DNA of 64,000 bases, from contig CAVSOU010000005.1 of the NCBI GenBank assembly GCA_963729625.1, forward strand, positions 57,467 to 121,466, written 5' to 3'. The position numbers were made by a program, and so were the translations under genes. Under the pieces are notes generated by a model. It had not been told where the DNA came from. It searched no databases and saw only the letters and a program-made list of their open reading frames with translations. Shown here piece by piece: positions 42,989 through 51,626 of the stretch. How positions within the stretch are numbered: the stretch's first letter is position 1; each line of letters opens with the position of its first letter. This DNA comes from an uncultured bacterium. Its GTDB lineage: Bacteria; Chloroflexota; UBA5177; JANWHV01.

Positions 42989-43453
42989 TCACAGTGCAAT
43001 AACGTCAGAAAGTCGGGCGAGGACAGTTGCGACTCGCTCGGCATGCAGGTCGTCCGGGGTGATCAGCCCGGGCAACGTGTTCCGGAACCTCTCGTCGGCA
43101 TGGATGGCTGTGAGCCGCTGCACCACGTGAGCCCGCAGGGACGGCGAGGCCGCGCGGATGTCCGCGACCAATGTCGAGCGCCCCTCGATGATATTGATGA
43201 TGTCTTCGAAATCGTGGCTCGCCACCATGTCGCCACGGCCGCGCGTGTCGAACGCTTCGAACTTCGTTGCGAGAAACGAGGGCGTCGAAATCAGGTTGAT
43301 CGCGACACCGCTGGGCAGGATGCAGCGCGTCGCCGAGCGCATGGCTTCCGCGTACCACCGGTTGGAAAATCCCAGGACCAACTCTTCTCGAAGATCACCC
43401 AGGGCGTTCGCCACTACCTCGACCCGTTGAACATTCGGGTCACCGGGAGTCAC
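42989..43453 (-). pseudogene. AbiEii-like nucleotidyltransferase apparently lacking its N-terminal catalytic segment
   Basis: LREELV joined directly to LGFSNRWY; C-terminal FLATKFEAF..RG...SHDFEDI retained; no GG...DxD motif. Confidence 0.6.
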
Positions 43454-43983
43454 AGGCGCTCCTCGAGCAATTTTCGCGCGAGCGTGCGTTCGCGCGCATT
43501 GCCGGCGCGGATTGCGTCGAACAGGGCGAGGCCCTCGTACAAGGATCGGTTCCGCAACGCCGCCGCCGGAGCCGAAGGGTACAGTGGCGTCAGTGCCAGC
43601 CCGCGTACCTTACCGGCGACCGACGGCCACACGGGAGGGGGATCCGAGGACGGGGCAATATGGGCGCTCAAGGGTTCCGTCGCGTGGGCGGTCGGCAGAC
43701 CCGCCACCATGCCGCCCCGTAGGGGCGGGAACGCGTACTTGGCACCGTGAAACAGGAACTCTTTGAACGCTTCCAGGAGGATGCGCGGCCGCTTCGCGTC
43801 GAAGTGCAGCAGCCGCGCGGCCTCGGCGCGTTTGAGCGCGGCGTGCACTTCGGACATCGAGAGCCCTGAGGATTCCGCGAGCTCCGGATAGGTCGTGCCT
43901 CGGTCACGGCCAGAGGCTAGCACCAGCAACAGGTAGAGATCCTGCGGCTTGAGAACGGGCTGGCGGTTGCTCAGTCGGGCCAT
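43450..43983 (-). CDS. HTH-containing partner of the nucleotidyltransferase (putative antitoxin/regulator)
   Basis: LKPQDL, LAESSGLSMSEVHAALKR (HTH), EFLFHGAKYAFP, GLPTAHA, PLYPSAP, LALFDAIRAG.ARER; 4-bp overlap with the downstream gene. Confidence 0.7.
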   Translation of the reverse strand: MARLSNRQPVLKPQDLYLLLVLASGRDRGTTYPELAESSGLSMSEVHAALKRAEAARLLHFDAKRPRILLEAFKEFLFHGAKYAFPPLRGGMVAGLPTAHATEPLSAHIAPSSDPPPVWPSVAGKVRGLALTPLYPSAPAAALRNRSLYEGLALFDAIRAGNARERTLARKLLEERL

Positions 43984-43997
43984 GGTCGATCACGGAG

Positions 43998-44021
43998 TTT
44001 CGTGTTTCGCGAAACACGAAA
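43998..44021. promoter_or_regulatory. Perfect 24-bp palindrome (probable operator) with adjacent IHF consensus
   Basis: TTTCGTGTTTCG/CGAAACACGAAA about 15 bp upstream of the HTH gene start; AATCAACGACTTG at 44031-44043. Confidence 0.65.
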
Positions 44022-44113
44022 GTATCTCCAAATCAACGACTTGTCAACGACCCAGGAGGTCGATGCATGCGAGGGCTACCGAGCCTAAAACAGGGGCAGG
44101 CCTTATTTTAGGT

Positions 44114-45065
44114 CCTGATTAGCAATGAACGTCAGCCGACCGAATCGAGCGCAGTGGCTGTGGCGTGCAGGCGGCGGCGGCGATCAGCAGTCGCTGAGGC
44201 AGAGTACGCAGGTCGAAGCGATAGCAGAATTCGGCAAGGTAGCGGGCGGCGTACTTGCGGAAATCAAACGAATGGTAGCAACCCGACAGGCTGGTCTTGA
44301 GATTTCCGAGAATGGTGTTGATCCATTTGAACTGGGGGACATCCTTCGGCTTGCGCCCGACCATAACCGTAGGCCGGTGCTCACAGCCGGCCGTGGTGAC
44401 GGCGCCAAAGCAGGCCAGGCCGTCGCAAAACACGGTGCTTTGCGGGGGCGAGATTCTCGTGCGCCCAGGTGCCGATCAACTGCAGCGTGAAGCTGGGCAG
44501 CGCAGTCAGCCGGACCCGCAGTGGGCGGTTGTCCTGGGTGAGGGAGACCGCGGCGATAAAGGGAACCTTGTTCTCCGACCCGCGCCCGGCCATGGCCTGC
44601 ATGAGCTTGTGGTGCGTCAACCACGCAGTGGGATAACTCACGCCCACTGCCGGTTCAAAGCCAACGCCGACAGCCCGGTCTTGGCTTGGCTGATCAGGTA
44701 GAGGGCCAGGAACCAGATCCGCAAGGGAAGCTTGGTGCCCTGAAATACCGTCCCGGCTATCTGCGAGGCTTGGTGGCGGCAGGCGTTGCACTGGAAAACC
44801 TTGCGCGCACCGTCCCGCAGGACGTAATGGGCAGCCTGAGCGCACCGCGGACAGACAAAACCGTTCGGCCAGCGGACGCCCTCCAGGGCGTGCTCGCACT
44901 GCTCCTCGGTTGCGTAATCCTGCAGAAACTCTGGCATCGACAGCCAGGTTGAAACTGAACGCGGTTCATGGCCATCACTTACCCCCTGCGATTGCACTGC
45001 AGAGGTCACTCTAAGGCCCGCCAGCCTCACCAATTGAGCCTGGCTGACGTTCGTTGCTAATCAGG
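44114..45065 (-). mobile_element. IS1595-family insertion sequence, defective
   Basis: 24-bp TIRs CCTGATTAGCAATGAACGTCAGCC and GGCTGACGTTCGTTGCTAATCAGG (23/24 match). Confidence 0.88.
44119..44975 (-). pseudogene. IS1595-family transposase; frameshifted and internally deleted
   Basis: MNRVQFQPG, RWPNGFVCPRC..FQCNACRHQAS..GTVFQGTKLPL..WF, DGLACF, WINTILGNLK, YAARYLAEFCYRF; LMQAMA fused to GRGSENK. Confidence 0.85.
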
Positions 45066-45288
45066 TAACTTTTTACGTCCCGGCCTGCAATATGTCGTTC
45101 AATGGTGACAGCCAGGGCGGGGGACCGGATGCGCGCTACCGCGCGGCAATGCAGGCAGCGGACGCCGCAAGCCGCCAAAACATCCAGACCTCATGCGTCG
45201 CTGCAGTTGCGGACCACGGCCGGTTGCCCCGATGGGGCGGGCGTATCATGTGTCAGTGCTGAATTAGCCTCATCGAAAGGGAAATACC

Positions 45289-46008
45289 GTGTCCGCGATT
45301 CCGGAAGAAACCATACAAGCCTTCGCGCGGACCATCTCGCAAGAGGCCAAGAAGTATGGCTTCGGGGAGCTCGACGTGGTCCGCCTGATCAATGCCCTCA
45401 TGGACTTGACCAGCAATGAAGGCGCAACGACGGCAGGGCATGCGCAGGACCGGATCATCGATCCCCAGAGCCTGCGGGTCGATGAGTTTCCGCTGACCTC
45501 GGCGCGCCTGCGGATTCGGCTCGCAGACTCCAGCGTCGACCGCGAGATGATCGAGCACTGGATTGACGGCAAGTACGGCCAGTACTTCCTGCTCAGTTGC
45601 GCGACGGCCCAGCGCCACGAAGTCTCCAACCTGCTGGATGATCCGCGCAACCAGATCGGCATCATCAACCTGGCAAGCGGCAAGCCCATTGGTGCCGTGG
45701 CCTTCCTCGATATCGATATCCTGCAGCGCCGCGCTGAATTGCGCAAACTGATCGGCGACGACAGCGAGCGTGGCAAGGGCTACGCGGAGGAGGCAACCGC
45801 GCTCTGGGTGGCCTACGGCCACGAGCAGCTGGGTCTGGAGAAGATCTACCTGAGCACGCTACAGACCCATCTGCGCAACATCAGGCTCAACGAATCCATC
45901 GGATTCAGGACAGAAGGCGTGCTGCGCAACGAAATCCTCCTCGGCAACGAGCGCCACGATGTGCTGAGAATGGGCCTGAGCTTCACCCCGTCGGTCAGCG
46001 AGAAGTAG
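45289..46008 (+). CDS. GNAT (RimJ/RimL-type) acetyltransferase with N-terminal extension
   Basis: KPIGAV, RAELRKLIGD..RGKGYAEEA..YGHEQLGLEKIYL..N.RLNESIGF.TEGVLR. Confidence 0.8.
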   Translation: MSAIPEETIQAFARTISQEAKKYGFGELDVVRLINALMDLTSNEGATTAGHAQDRIIDPQSLRVDEFPLTSARLRIRLADSSVDREMIEHWIDGKYGQYFLLSCATAQRHEVSNLLDDPRNQIGIINLASGKPIGAVAFLDIDILQRRAELRKLIGDDSERGKGYAEEATALWVAYGHEQLGLEKIYLSTLQTHLRNIRLNESIGFRTEGVLRNEILLGNERHDVLRMGLSFTPSVSEK

Positions 46009-46077
46009 TACACGGACAGGGGCTGGTGCACACGAGGCGCCGCGCGGGACGGCCGCGGCGGGGACGCAACGCGGGCC

Positions 46078-47019
46078 CTACGGAACGCTCTTGCTGCCGA
46101 CATTGCTCTGCGCGCTCTCCGCGCCTGCGCTGTTGTAGGCCGTGACCGCGAAGTAATACGTGCCACTTGCCAGGTTGCCGAGCGTGTATGCGGTCAGCCC
46201 CGAATTGCTCAGTGCGACTTTCGTCGTCAGCGCCGCGCTGCTCGTCCCGTAATACACGTTGTAGCCGGCCAGGTCGGTCAATGCACTGCCATTCACGTTC
46301 TGCGTCGGCGGGGTCCAGCTCAAGGCGGCCGAGCCCAGCACAACCGCATTGACCGTGATGGTGAAGGAGCGCAGGTAGGTGATTGCCTTGCCGTCACTGA
46401 CGCCGATGACGATGCCTGCGTAGCTGCCGATCTGGGCCGACGTGGGCGAGCCGCTCAAGCGGCCCGTGACTGCATCGAAACTCGCCCACGCCGGCAAACC
46501 GGCGATCGTAAACGTCAGCGCATAGCCATTGGCGTCCGTGGCCGCCGGTGTGAACGCATAGCTGCTGCCCGCCAGCACGCTGGTGGCAGGCGTACCGCTG
46601 ATCGCCGGCGCAACGCTTGCGGGCGTAGCGGCCGCAACGGCCGCAACCGTGAGGGTAAATGGAGCCAGCGAGGCGCTGGTGCCGCCGTTGCTCGCCTTGA
46701 TCGTGATGTTGCTGTAGGTACCGACATTCGTCGCAGCGGGCGTTCCCGAGAGCGTGCCAGTGGCGATACTGAAGCCCGCCCACGCCGGTTTGTTGCTGAT
46801 CGAGAAACTGTAGGCTGCGCTGGATACGACGGCCGGCGTGAAGCTGTAGGAGCTTCCGGCGGTGCCGTGCGTTACAGGGGTGCCAGCAATACTGATCGTA
46901 TTTCTCGAATAGCGGTGGTGGCTCGCCCACGCAGCCGGGGCCGCAGCAAGGCCAAGCAGCGCAGCGAGGGCCGCAAGCACTACGGGCAGGAACCGACGGG
47001 TGGTTTGAAATCCTTTCAT
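46078..47019 (-). CDS. Secreted protein with two Ig-like (He_PIG) repeats and a fibronectin type III domain
   Basis: Signal peptide; two ISGTP..YSFTP..FSI...PAWA.F...TG.LSG.P repeats; LSWTPPTQN..LTDLAGYNVYYG..GTYYFAVTAYN. Confidence 0.85.
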   Translation of the reverse strand: MKGFQTTRRFLPVVLAALAALLGLAAAPAAWASHHRYSRNTISIAGTPVTHGTAGSSYSFTPAVVSSAAYSFSISNKPAWAGFSIATGTLSGTPAATNVGTYSNITIKASNGGTSASLAPFTLTVAAVAAATPASVAPAISGTPATSVLAGSSYAFTPAATDANGYALTFTIAGLPAWASFDAVTGRLSGSPTSAQIGSYAGIVIGVSDGKAITYLRSFTITVNAVVLGSAALSWTPPTQNVNGSALTDLAGYNVYYGTSSAALTTKVALSNSGLTAYTLGNLASGTYYFAVTAYNSAGAESAQSNVGSKSVP

Positions 47020-47117
47020 GACCTCTTCTCCGCTTAAAGTGGCGAAGCCGGCCGATGAAAAGGCGATGACTCAACTGCACAACGATGTGTTGACGACGGC
47101 GTCGGGCTTGCGGCTGA

Positions 47118-47212
47118 CGCTTTGCCGGCAACCCCGCTATCAGTAGGTCTCATCGACCCTTAGACCGGAGGCTTTGCGTCCCCGCCTTTCGGCGGGTTTG
47201 CCAAGTAACGGT
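47118..47212 (-). ncRNA. c-di-GMP-I (GEMM) riboswitch
   Basis: Minus strand GGCAAACCCGCCGAAAGGCGGGGACGCAAAGCCTCCGGTCTAAG...GATAGCGGGGTTGCC, about 100 nt upstream of the Ig/FN3 gene. Confidence 0.9.
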
Positions 47213-47295
47213 CGTGACGTTACAACCTAATCTGCGCGCTGGAAAGCGCGGCCTTTACGTAGACCAGAACGCTTGAGCGACGGGGGATTCGTGCC

Positions 47296-48459
47296 ATGAG
47301 ACGCATTGATGTTTTGCAACGGCGTGGAGTTGTGATCGGCTTGGCACTATGCAGCGCGCTTTGCACTGCGCTTGCTGCGCAGAGCGCCGCGGCGGACACG
47401 ACGGTGGCCGATACGATCGCGCGCTACCGAGTGGAGGAGGCACCGCGAGCGCAGCGCGACAATCCAAAATGGCATACTGCATCCAAGGTCTTGCTGCTGG
47501 GCACCAGCAATCCGGCACTCGCAGGGCAGGCCGAGGCTTTCGCTGCGGCCGCGCCCGGCGCACGCATCGTCGTGGCCAGTGATCGCACGGCCGCGGTGGC
47601 CGAAGCGGTGGACGCCGACGTCATCATTGGCAACAACCCCGACATCTGCGATGCGCGCATCCTCAGCACCGCGCGCAAGCTGCGCTGGATCGCCTCGCTT
47701 TCGGCCGGTGTGGAGAACTGCATGGGCGTACCCGCCGTGCACGACCCGGATCTGCTGGTGACCAACATGCGCGGCGTGGATGCGCCGGCGATCGCAGAAC
47801 ATGCGATTGCGCTGCTGCTCGCGCTCGCACATGGCCTGGATGCCTTCGCCGCGGACACCGCGCGGGGCCAGTGGAGCCCGCGCGGCGCGGGTGTCGTGAC
47901 CATGCAGATGCTGGATGGCAAGACGCTGCTGGTCGTGGGCCTGGGCGGCATCGGGACCGAAGTTGCGCAGCGCGCCCATGGCCTGGGAATGAAGGTCATC
48001 GCCACCCGCGAGGGCGGCGGCGGAAAGCCCGATTTCGTCGACTACGTGGGTCAGCCGGGTGAGCTTTTGACCCTCGCCGCCAAGGCCGATGCGATCGTAA
48101 GTTCCGTGCCGCTCACGCCCCAGACCACGGGCCTCTATGACGCGAAGTTCTTCGCGGTGCTCAAGCCTTCCGCGCTGTTCGTGAACGTTGCACGCGGCGG
48201 CAGCGTCGTGACGGCAGAGCTGGTCAAGGCGCTCACAGAGCACCGCCTGGGCGGCGCAGGCCTTGATGTGGTGGATCCGGAGCCGCTGCCGCCGGATCAC
48301 CCGCTGTGGCATGCGCCGCGCGTGCTCATCACGCCGCACATCTCCTCGCGCTCGGACCTGCCAGGTGAGGCGCGCTGGATCCTGGCGACCGAGAACCTGC
48401 GCCGCTACGTGAAGGGGGAGAAGATGCTGCTGGTCGTCGACCCCAAGCGCGGGTACTGA
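47296..48459 (+). CDS. D-2-hydroxyacid dehydrogenase with N-terminal export signal
   Basis: SAGVE, TNMRG..IAEH, VVGLGGIG, FVNVARG, GLDVVDPEPLP, ITPHIS; RRGVVIGLALCSALCTALAAQSAAA leader. Confidence 0.88.
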   Translation: MRRIDVLQRRGVVIGLALCSALCTALAAQSAAADTTVADTIARYRVEEAPRAQRDNPKWHTASKVLLLGTSNPALAGQAEAFAAAAPGARIVVASDRTAAVAEAVDADVIIGNNPDICDARILSTARKLRWIASLSAGVENCMGVPAVHDPDLLVTNMRGVDAPAIAEHAIALLLALAHGLDAFAADTARGQWSPRGAGVVTMQMLDGKTLLVVGLGGIGTEVAQRAHGLGMKVIATREGGGGKPDFVDYVGQPGELLTLAAKADAIVSSVPLTPQTTGLYDAKFFAVLKPSALFVNVARGGSVVTAELVKALTEHRLGGAGLDVVDPEPLPPDHPLWHAPRVLITPHISSRSDLPGEARWILATENLRRYVKGEKMLLVVDPKRGY

Positions 48460-49416
48460 ATGAACATCCGCGGCCTCGCGGCCCTGCTGATCGCCGCGAC
48501 GCTGTGGGGCAGCGCGGCCAGCGCCGCGCCCTGCCCGCGCGAGTGCCTCATCGCAACGATCCAGGGCTACCTCGATGCGCTCGTCCGCCACGACCCCTCC
48601 ACCGTGCGCTGGGCAGCCAGCGCAAGACTGACGGAGAACGGCGCAGTGGTGCACGCCGGAGGCGGCCTGTGGAGCACGGCCGACCGCATAGGCGACTACC
48701 GGCTGCTGCTGGCTGACGTCGACTCGCAGCAGGCCGCGTTCGTCGGCGTGATCCACCGCGGCAAGGCGGCATCCCTCGTGTCGATCCGCGTGCTTCGCAA
48801 GCCCGATGGGATCAAGCAGGTGGAGACGATCGTGGGCCCCGACCGCTTCCCCGGCTCCCTGGGGCGTGACCCGCACAGCCTTGAAGGATTCCGGACCTCG
48901 TTCGACACCCTGTTGCCCAGGGCGCAGCGCCGCAGCCCCGCGGAGCTTCGCGCTATAGCCGCCTCCTACTACGCGGGGGTAAACGGCGCCGAGCCCCAGA
49001 CGGTGCCGTTCACCACGACCGGCAACCGCGTGGAAGTCGGTACGCAGATCACCGGCAATCCGCAGTTCCGCTTTGAGTTTTACGCGCAGCGCGAGGGACA
49101 GAGCCTGCCCAATTTCGCCGCGTGGAGCCCCGGCGAGCAATTCCAGCGCGGGCTGTGGAACTCCGACACGGTGACCCACGTGCGCCCCGCACTCATCGAC
49201 GCCGCTCGCGGGCTCGTGCTCGCCTATGCGGTGTACAACCCCTGGGGCAAGCGCGAGTGCACGAGCGTGCGTGACGTGGGCGAGGTGTGTCCGGCACAGC
49301 GTGGCACGCGCTCGAGCCTGCACATGATGGAGCTGTTCAAGATCATCGATGGGCGGATCGACGACATGGAGTCGGTGTGGACGGTCCAGCCCCCGGGCGG
49401 CACGATGGGTTGGTGA
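48460..49416 (+). CDS. Uncharacterised secreted protein, probably double NTF2/SnoaL-like
   Basis: Signal peptide; CPRECLI..YLDALVRHDP, RLTENG..GLW, NRVEVG, ELFKIIDGRIDDMES. Confidence 0.65.
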   Translation: MNIRGLAALLIAATLWGSAASAAPCPRECLIATIQGYLDALVRHDPSTVRWAASARLTENGAVVHAGGGLWSTADRIGDYRLLLADVDSQQAAFVGVIHRGKAASLVSIRVLRKPDGIKQVETIVGPDRFPGSLGRDPHSLEGFRTSFDTLLPRAQRRSPAELRAIAASYYAGVNGAEPQTVPFTTTGNRVEVGTQITGNPQFRFEFYAQREGQSLPNFAAWSPGEQFQRGLWNSDTVTHVRPALIDAARGLVLAYAVYNPWGKRECTSVRDVGEVCPAQRGTRSSLHMMELFKIIDGRIDDMESVWTVQPPGGTMGW

Positions 49417-49466
49417 CGACCCGGCGCGCAGCGGACGGTGGGTCGCGGCTGTGCCGCTCGCTCAGC

Positions 49467-49652
49467 CTAGGGCGGGGGCTGCGGCCGTCTTGGCGTGCGC
49501 GCGCCGCTCGCATACGCCAGCTCCAGCATCTCGACGAGCCACTCCAGGCGCTGTTCGGGCGTGCGCTGCAGGAACGACCACTCGCGAAGCCGCTGGGCGT
49601 CCTCATAGCTGCCCCAGCCCTGCGGAGGATCCGGATACGGCGGCTCTCTCAC
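49467..49652 (-). CDS. Small hypothetical protein, putative antitoxin partner
   Basis: 61 aa with RTPEQRLEWL..M motif; 4-bp overlap with the upstream nucleotidyltransferase. Confidence 0.55.
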   Translation of the reverse strand: MREPPYPDPPQGWGSYEDAQRLREWSFLQRTPEQRLEWLVEMLELAYASGARTPRRPQPPP

Positions 49653-50131
49653 GCGGGTCGATGCCGCTGCGCAAGCTGCGTAAGACGCGTGATGTCTGCA
49701 AGATCCTGCGGGCGACCGGCGTGTCGCTTCAAGCGGATCAGATGCTCGATGCTCGCCACCGCAACCGTCGTACCGCGAAGAGTCATCGCCACTGAATCGG
49801 CGAGAAGCTCCTCGAACGGCACGATACCTTCAAGCAGGATGTCCACCGTGGGGCGGCGATTTTCGCCGTCCCATAGGCTAAACACTTGCATCCCGTGTTC
49901 TTGCTGCCAGCGCTGGCGCACGACCGGATCGGCCAGGTGCGCGGGATCCACGGGCGCCATGGGCCGATAACCCGTCCCCACCAGCGCCGCGATGGTCGAC
50001 CGCACCGAATCGGCCGCCAGATCCACGACCAGATCAACGTCGGCGGTAGTCCGATCCACACCGTGCAGGATGCACGCAAGGCCGCCAGCGGCGGCCAGTG
50101 TCGCGAATAGGCTCGTGAAATCGGTCGGCAT
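49649..50131 (-). CDS. Pol-beta superfamily nucleotidyltransferase (DUF6036/AbiEii-like)
   Basis: GGLACILHG.DRTTADVDL, VDIL, ASIEHLIRLK..AGRPQDLADI. Confidence 0.8.
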   Translation of the reverse strand: MPTDFTSLFATLAAAGGLACILHGVDRTTADVDLVVDLAADSVRSTIAALVGTGYRPMAPVDPAHLADPVVRQRWQQEHGMQVFSLWDGENRRPTVDILLEGIVPFEELLADSVAMTLRGTTVAVASIEHLIRLKRHAGRPQDLADITRLTQLAQRHRPA

Positions 50132-50250
50132 CCGCCATTCTGGCCACACTGGACCGGGCACGGCAACGTCCCTCGCAACAGCTGCGGTCGGCGTTGTAGT
50201 CTCGGGCCCGTTGGACCTTTTCCAAGAACACCATCCGGGGGATCCTGCTC

Positions 50251-50529
50251 ATGAAGATTCGCGCTGCCATCGCCAGCCTCGCCCTGTTTGTCGCCGCCTC
50301 AAGCTTCGCGCAGGCCCCGCCGCCGGTCGCGCCGCCGGGCCCGCCCCCGTCGCCGGAAATGATGGCCGCCCGCCAGAACGTGGCCAAGGCCTGCGCGGAA
50401 GACGTCAAGAGCCTCTGCCCCGGCAAGGAAGGACACGAGTCGATGGTGTGCCTGCGGGCAGCCCCGGAGAAGGTCAGCACGCCCTGCAAGGACGCGATGG
50501 CCAAGCTCCACCCGCCCGCCGCGCACTAA
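50251..50529 (+). CDS. Small secreted cysteine-rich-repeat protein
   Basis: Signal peptide, Pro-rich linker, ACAEDVKSLCPG...CLR...VSTPCKDAM. Confidence 0.7.
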   Translation: MKIRAAIASLALFVAASSFAQAPPPVAPPGPPPSPEMMAARQNVAKACAEDVKSLCPGKEGHESMVCLRAAPEKVSTPCKDAMAKLHPPAAH

Positions 50530-50638
50530 GGGTCACTTCGTTCGTCAGCGGCGTGGGGCCGGCGGACGTCATGCGTCCGCGGGGTAAGCGAATGCGCTAC
50601 CCTTGCGCCCCTCGCCCCTGACCACTTAACGACGCCCC

Positions 50639-51262
50639 GTGACGCAACACCAGATCGGCCGCCTGTTGGTGATCGCCGCCCCGTCCGGGGCCGGCAAGAC
50701 CAGTCTCGTTAAAGCGTTGCTAGCGGTGGAGCCACGTCTGGCCGCCTCCGTCTCCCACACCACGCGCGCGCCCCGCCCGAACGAGCAGAACGGGCGCGAG
50801 TACCATTTCGTGAGCCGCGAACAGTTTGCCGAGCTCGTGCTGGCCGCCGGCTTCCTGGAGCACGCCCAGGTCTTCGACAACCAGTACGGCACGGGACGGG
50901 AGCAGCTGGAGGCCCAGTTGGCCGCCGGCCGCGACGTGATTCTGGAGATCGACTGGCAGGGGGCGCGGCAGGTGCGCACCGCCCGGCCGGTGACGCAGAG
51001 CGTCTTCATCCTTCCCCCCTCGCTCAAGGCGCTGGAGGAGCGGCTCTACGCCCGCCAGACCGACAGCGCCGAGGTCATCGCCCGGCGCCTGGCCGAGGCC
51101 CGCGGCGACATGTCCCACTACCGGGAATTCGACTACGTCGTGGTCAACGACGACTTCGAACACACCCTGTCGGAGCTTCGCCAGATCGTGGCCGGCCACG
51201 GCGAGGCCTTCCGGAGCGACCGGCCGCAGTTAGCGCCGATACTGGCGAATCTGCTGGCGTGA
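50639..51262 (+). CDS. gmk: Guanylate kinase
   Basis: [48 protein letters not shown]. Confidence 0.97.
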   Translation: MTQHQIGRLLVIAAPSGAGKTSLVKALLAVEPRLAASVSHTTRAPRPNEQNGREYHFVSREQFAELVLAAGFLEHAQVFDNQYGTGREQLEAQLAAGRDVILEIDWQGARQVRTARPVTQSVFILPPSLKALEERLYARQTDSAEVIARRLAEARGDMSHYREFDYVVVNDDFEHTLSELRQIVAGHGEAFRSDRPQLAPILANLLA

Positions 51263-51323
51263 AAGGCCCTGTTTCGATTACACTTTCAGGTCCATTCTCG
51301 TTGTTAATCAGAAGCGAACCGCC

Positions 51324-51611
51324 ATGGCCCGTGTCACTGTTGAAGACTGCCTGAACAACGTCGATAACCTCTTCGAGCTGGTGCTGCTGGCGTCCGCCCG
51401 CGCCCGCCGGCTGGCCAACGGGGCCCAGGCGACGGTGCCCCTGGACAACGACAAGGTCACGGTCATCGCGCTGCGCGAGATCGCCGAAGGCAACATCACC
51501 CCCGAGATGCTGATTGAGCCGGAGCCGGCGCCCGTCATCGAGCAGGTCGAGAACGACATCGACGCCCAGCTGGCGAACTTCCGCGCCCCGCAGTTCGGTC
51601 TCGGAGACTGA
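51324..51611 (+). CDS. rpoZ: RNA polymerase omega subunit
   Basis: [33 protein letters not shown]. Confidence 0.97.
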   Translation: MARVTVEDCLNNVDNLFELVLLASARARRLANGAQATVPLDNDKVTVIALREIAEGNITPEMLIEPEPAPVIEQVENDIDAQLANFRAPQFGLGD

Positions 51612-51626
51612 CGCACCGCCGCCCCC

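Larger units (their letters stand above)
13013..50600. mobile_element. Composite accessory region/tandem island array between yicC and gmk; right boundary uncertain (45-50.6 kb may be older accretion)
   Basis: Separates the usual yicC-gmk adjacency; repeated yicC 3' ends, tyrosine integrase, two IS elements, TA and defence genes. Confidence 0.8.

Noticed and set aside
47347-49323. Long antisense ORFs (658 aa here; also 17570-19069, 52284-53786, 8737-9939)
   Set aside because: Shadow frames of well-supported genes in GC-rich DNA
36683-50638. Terminal attR of the integrase-bearing element
   Set aside because: No yicC-like core with the -80/-68/-30 pattern was found by eye; the boundary is unresolved
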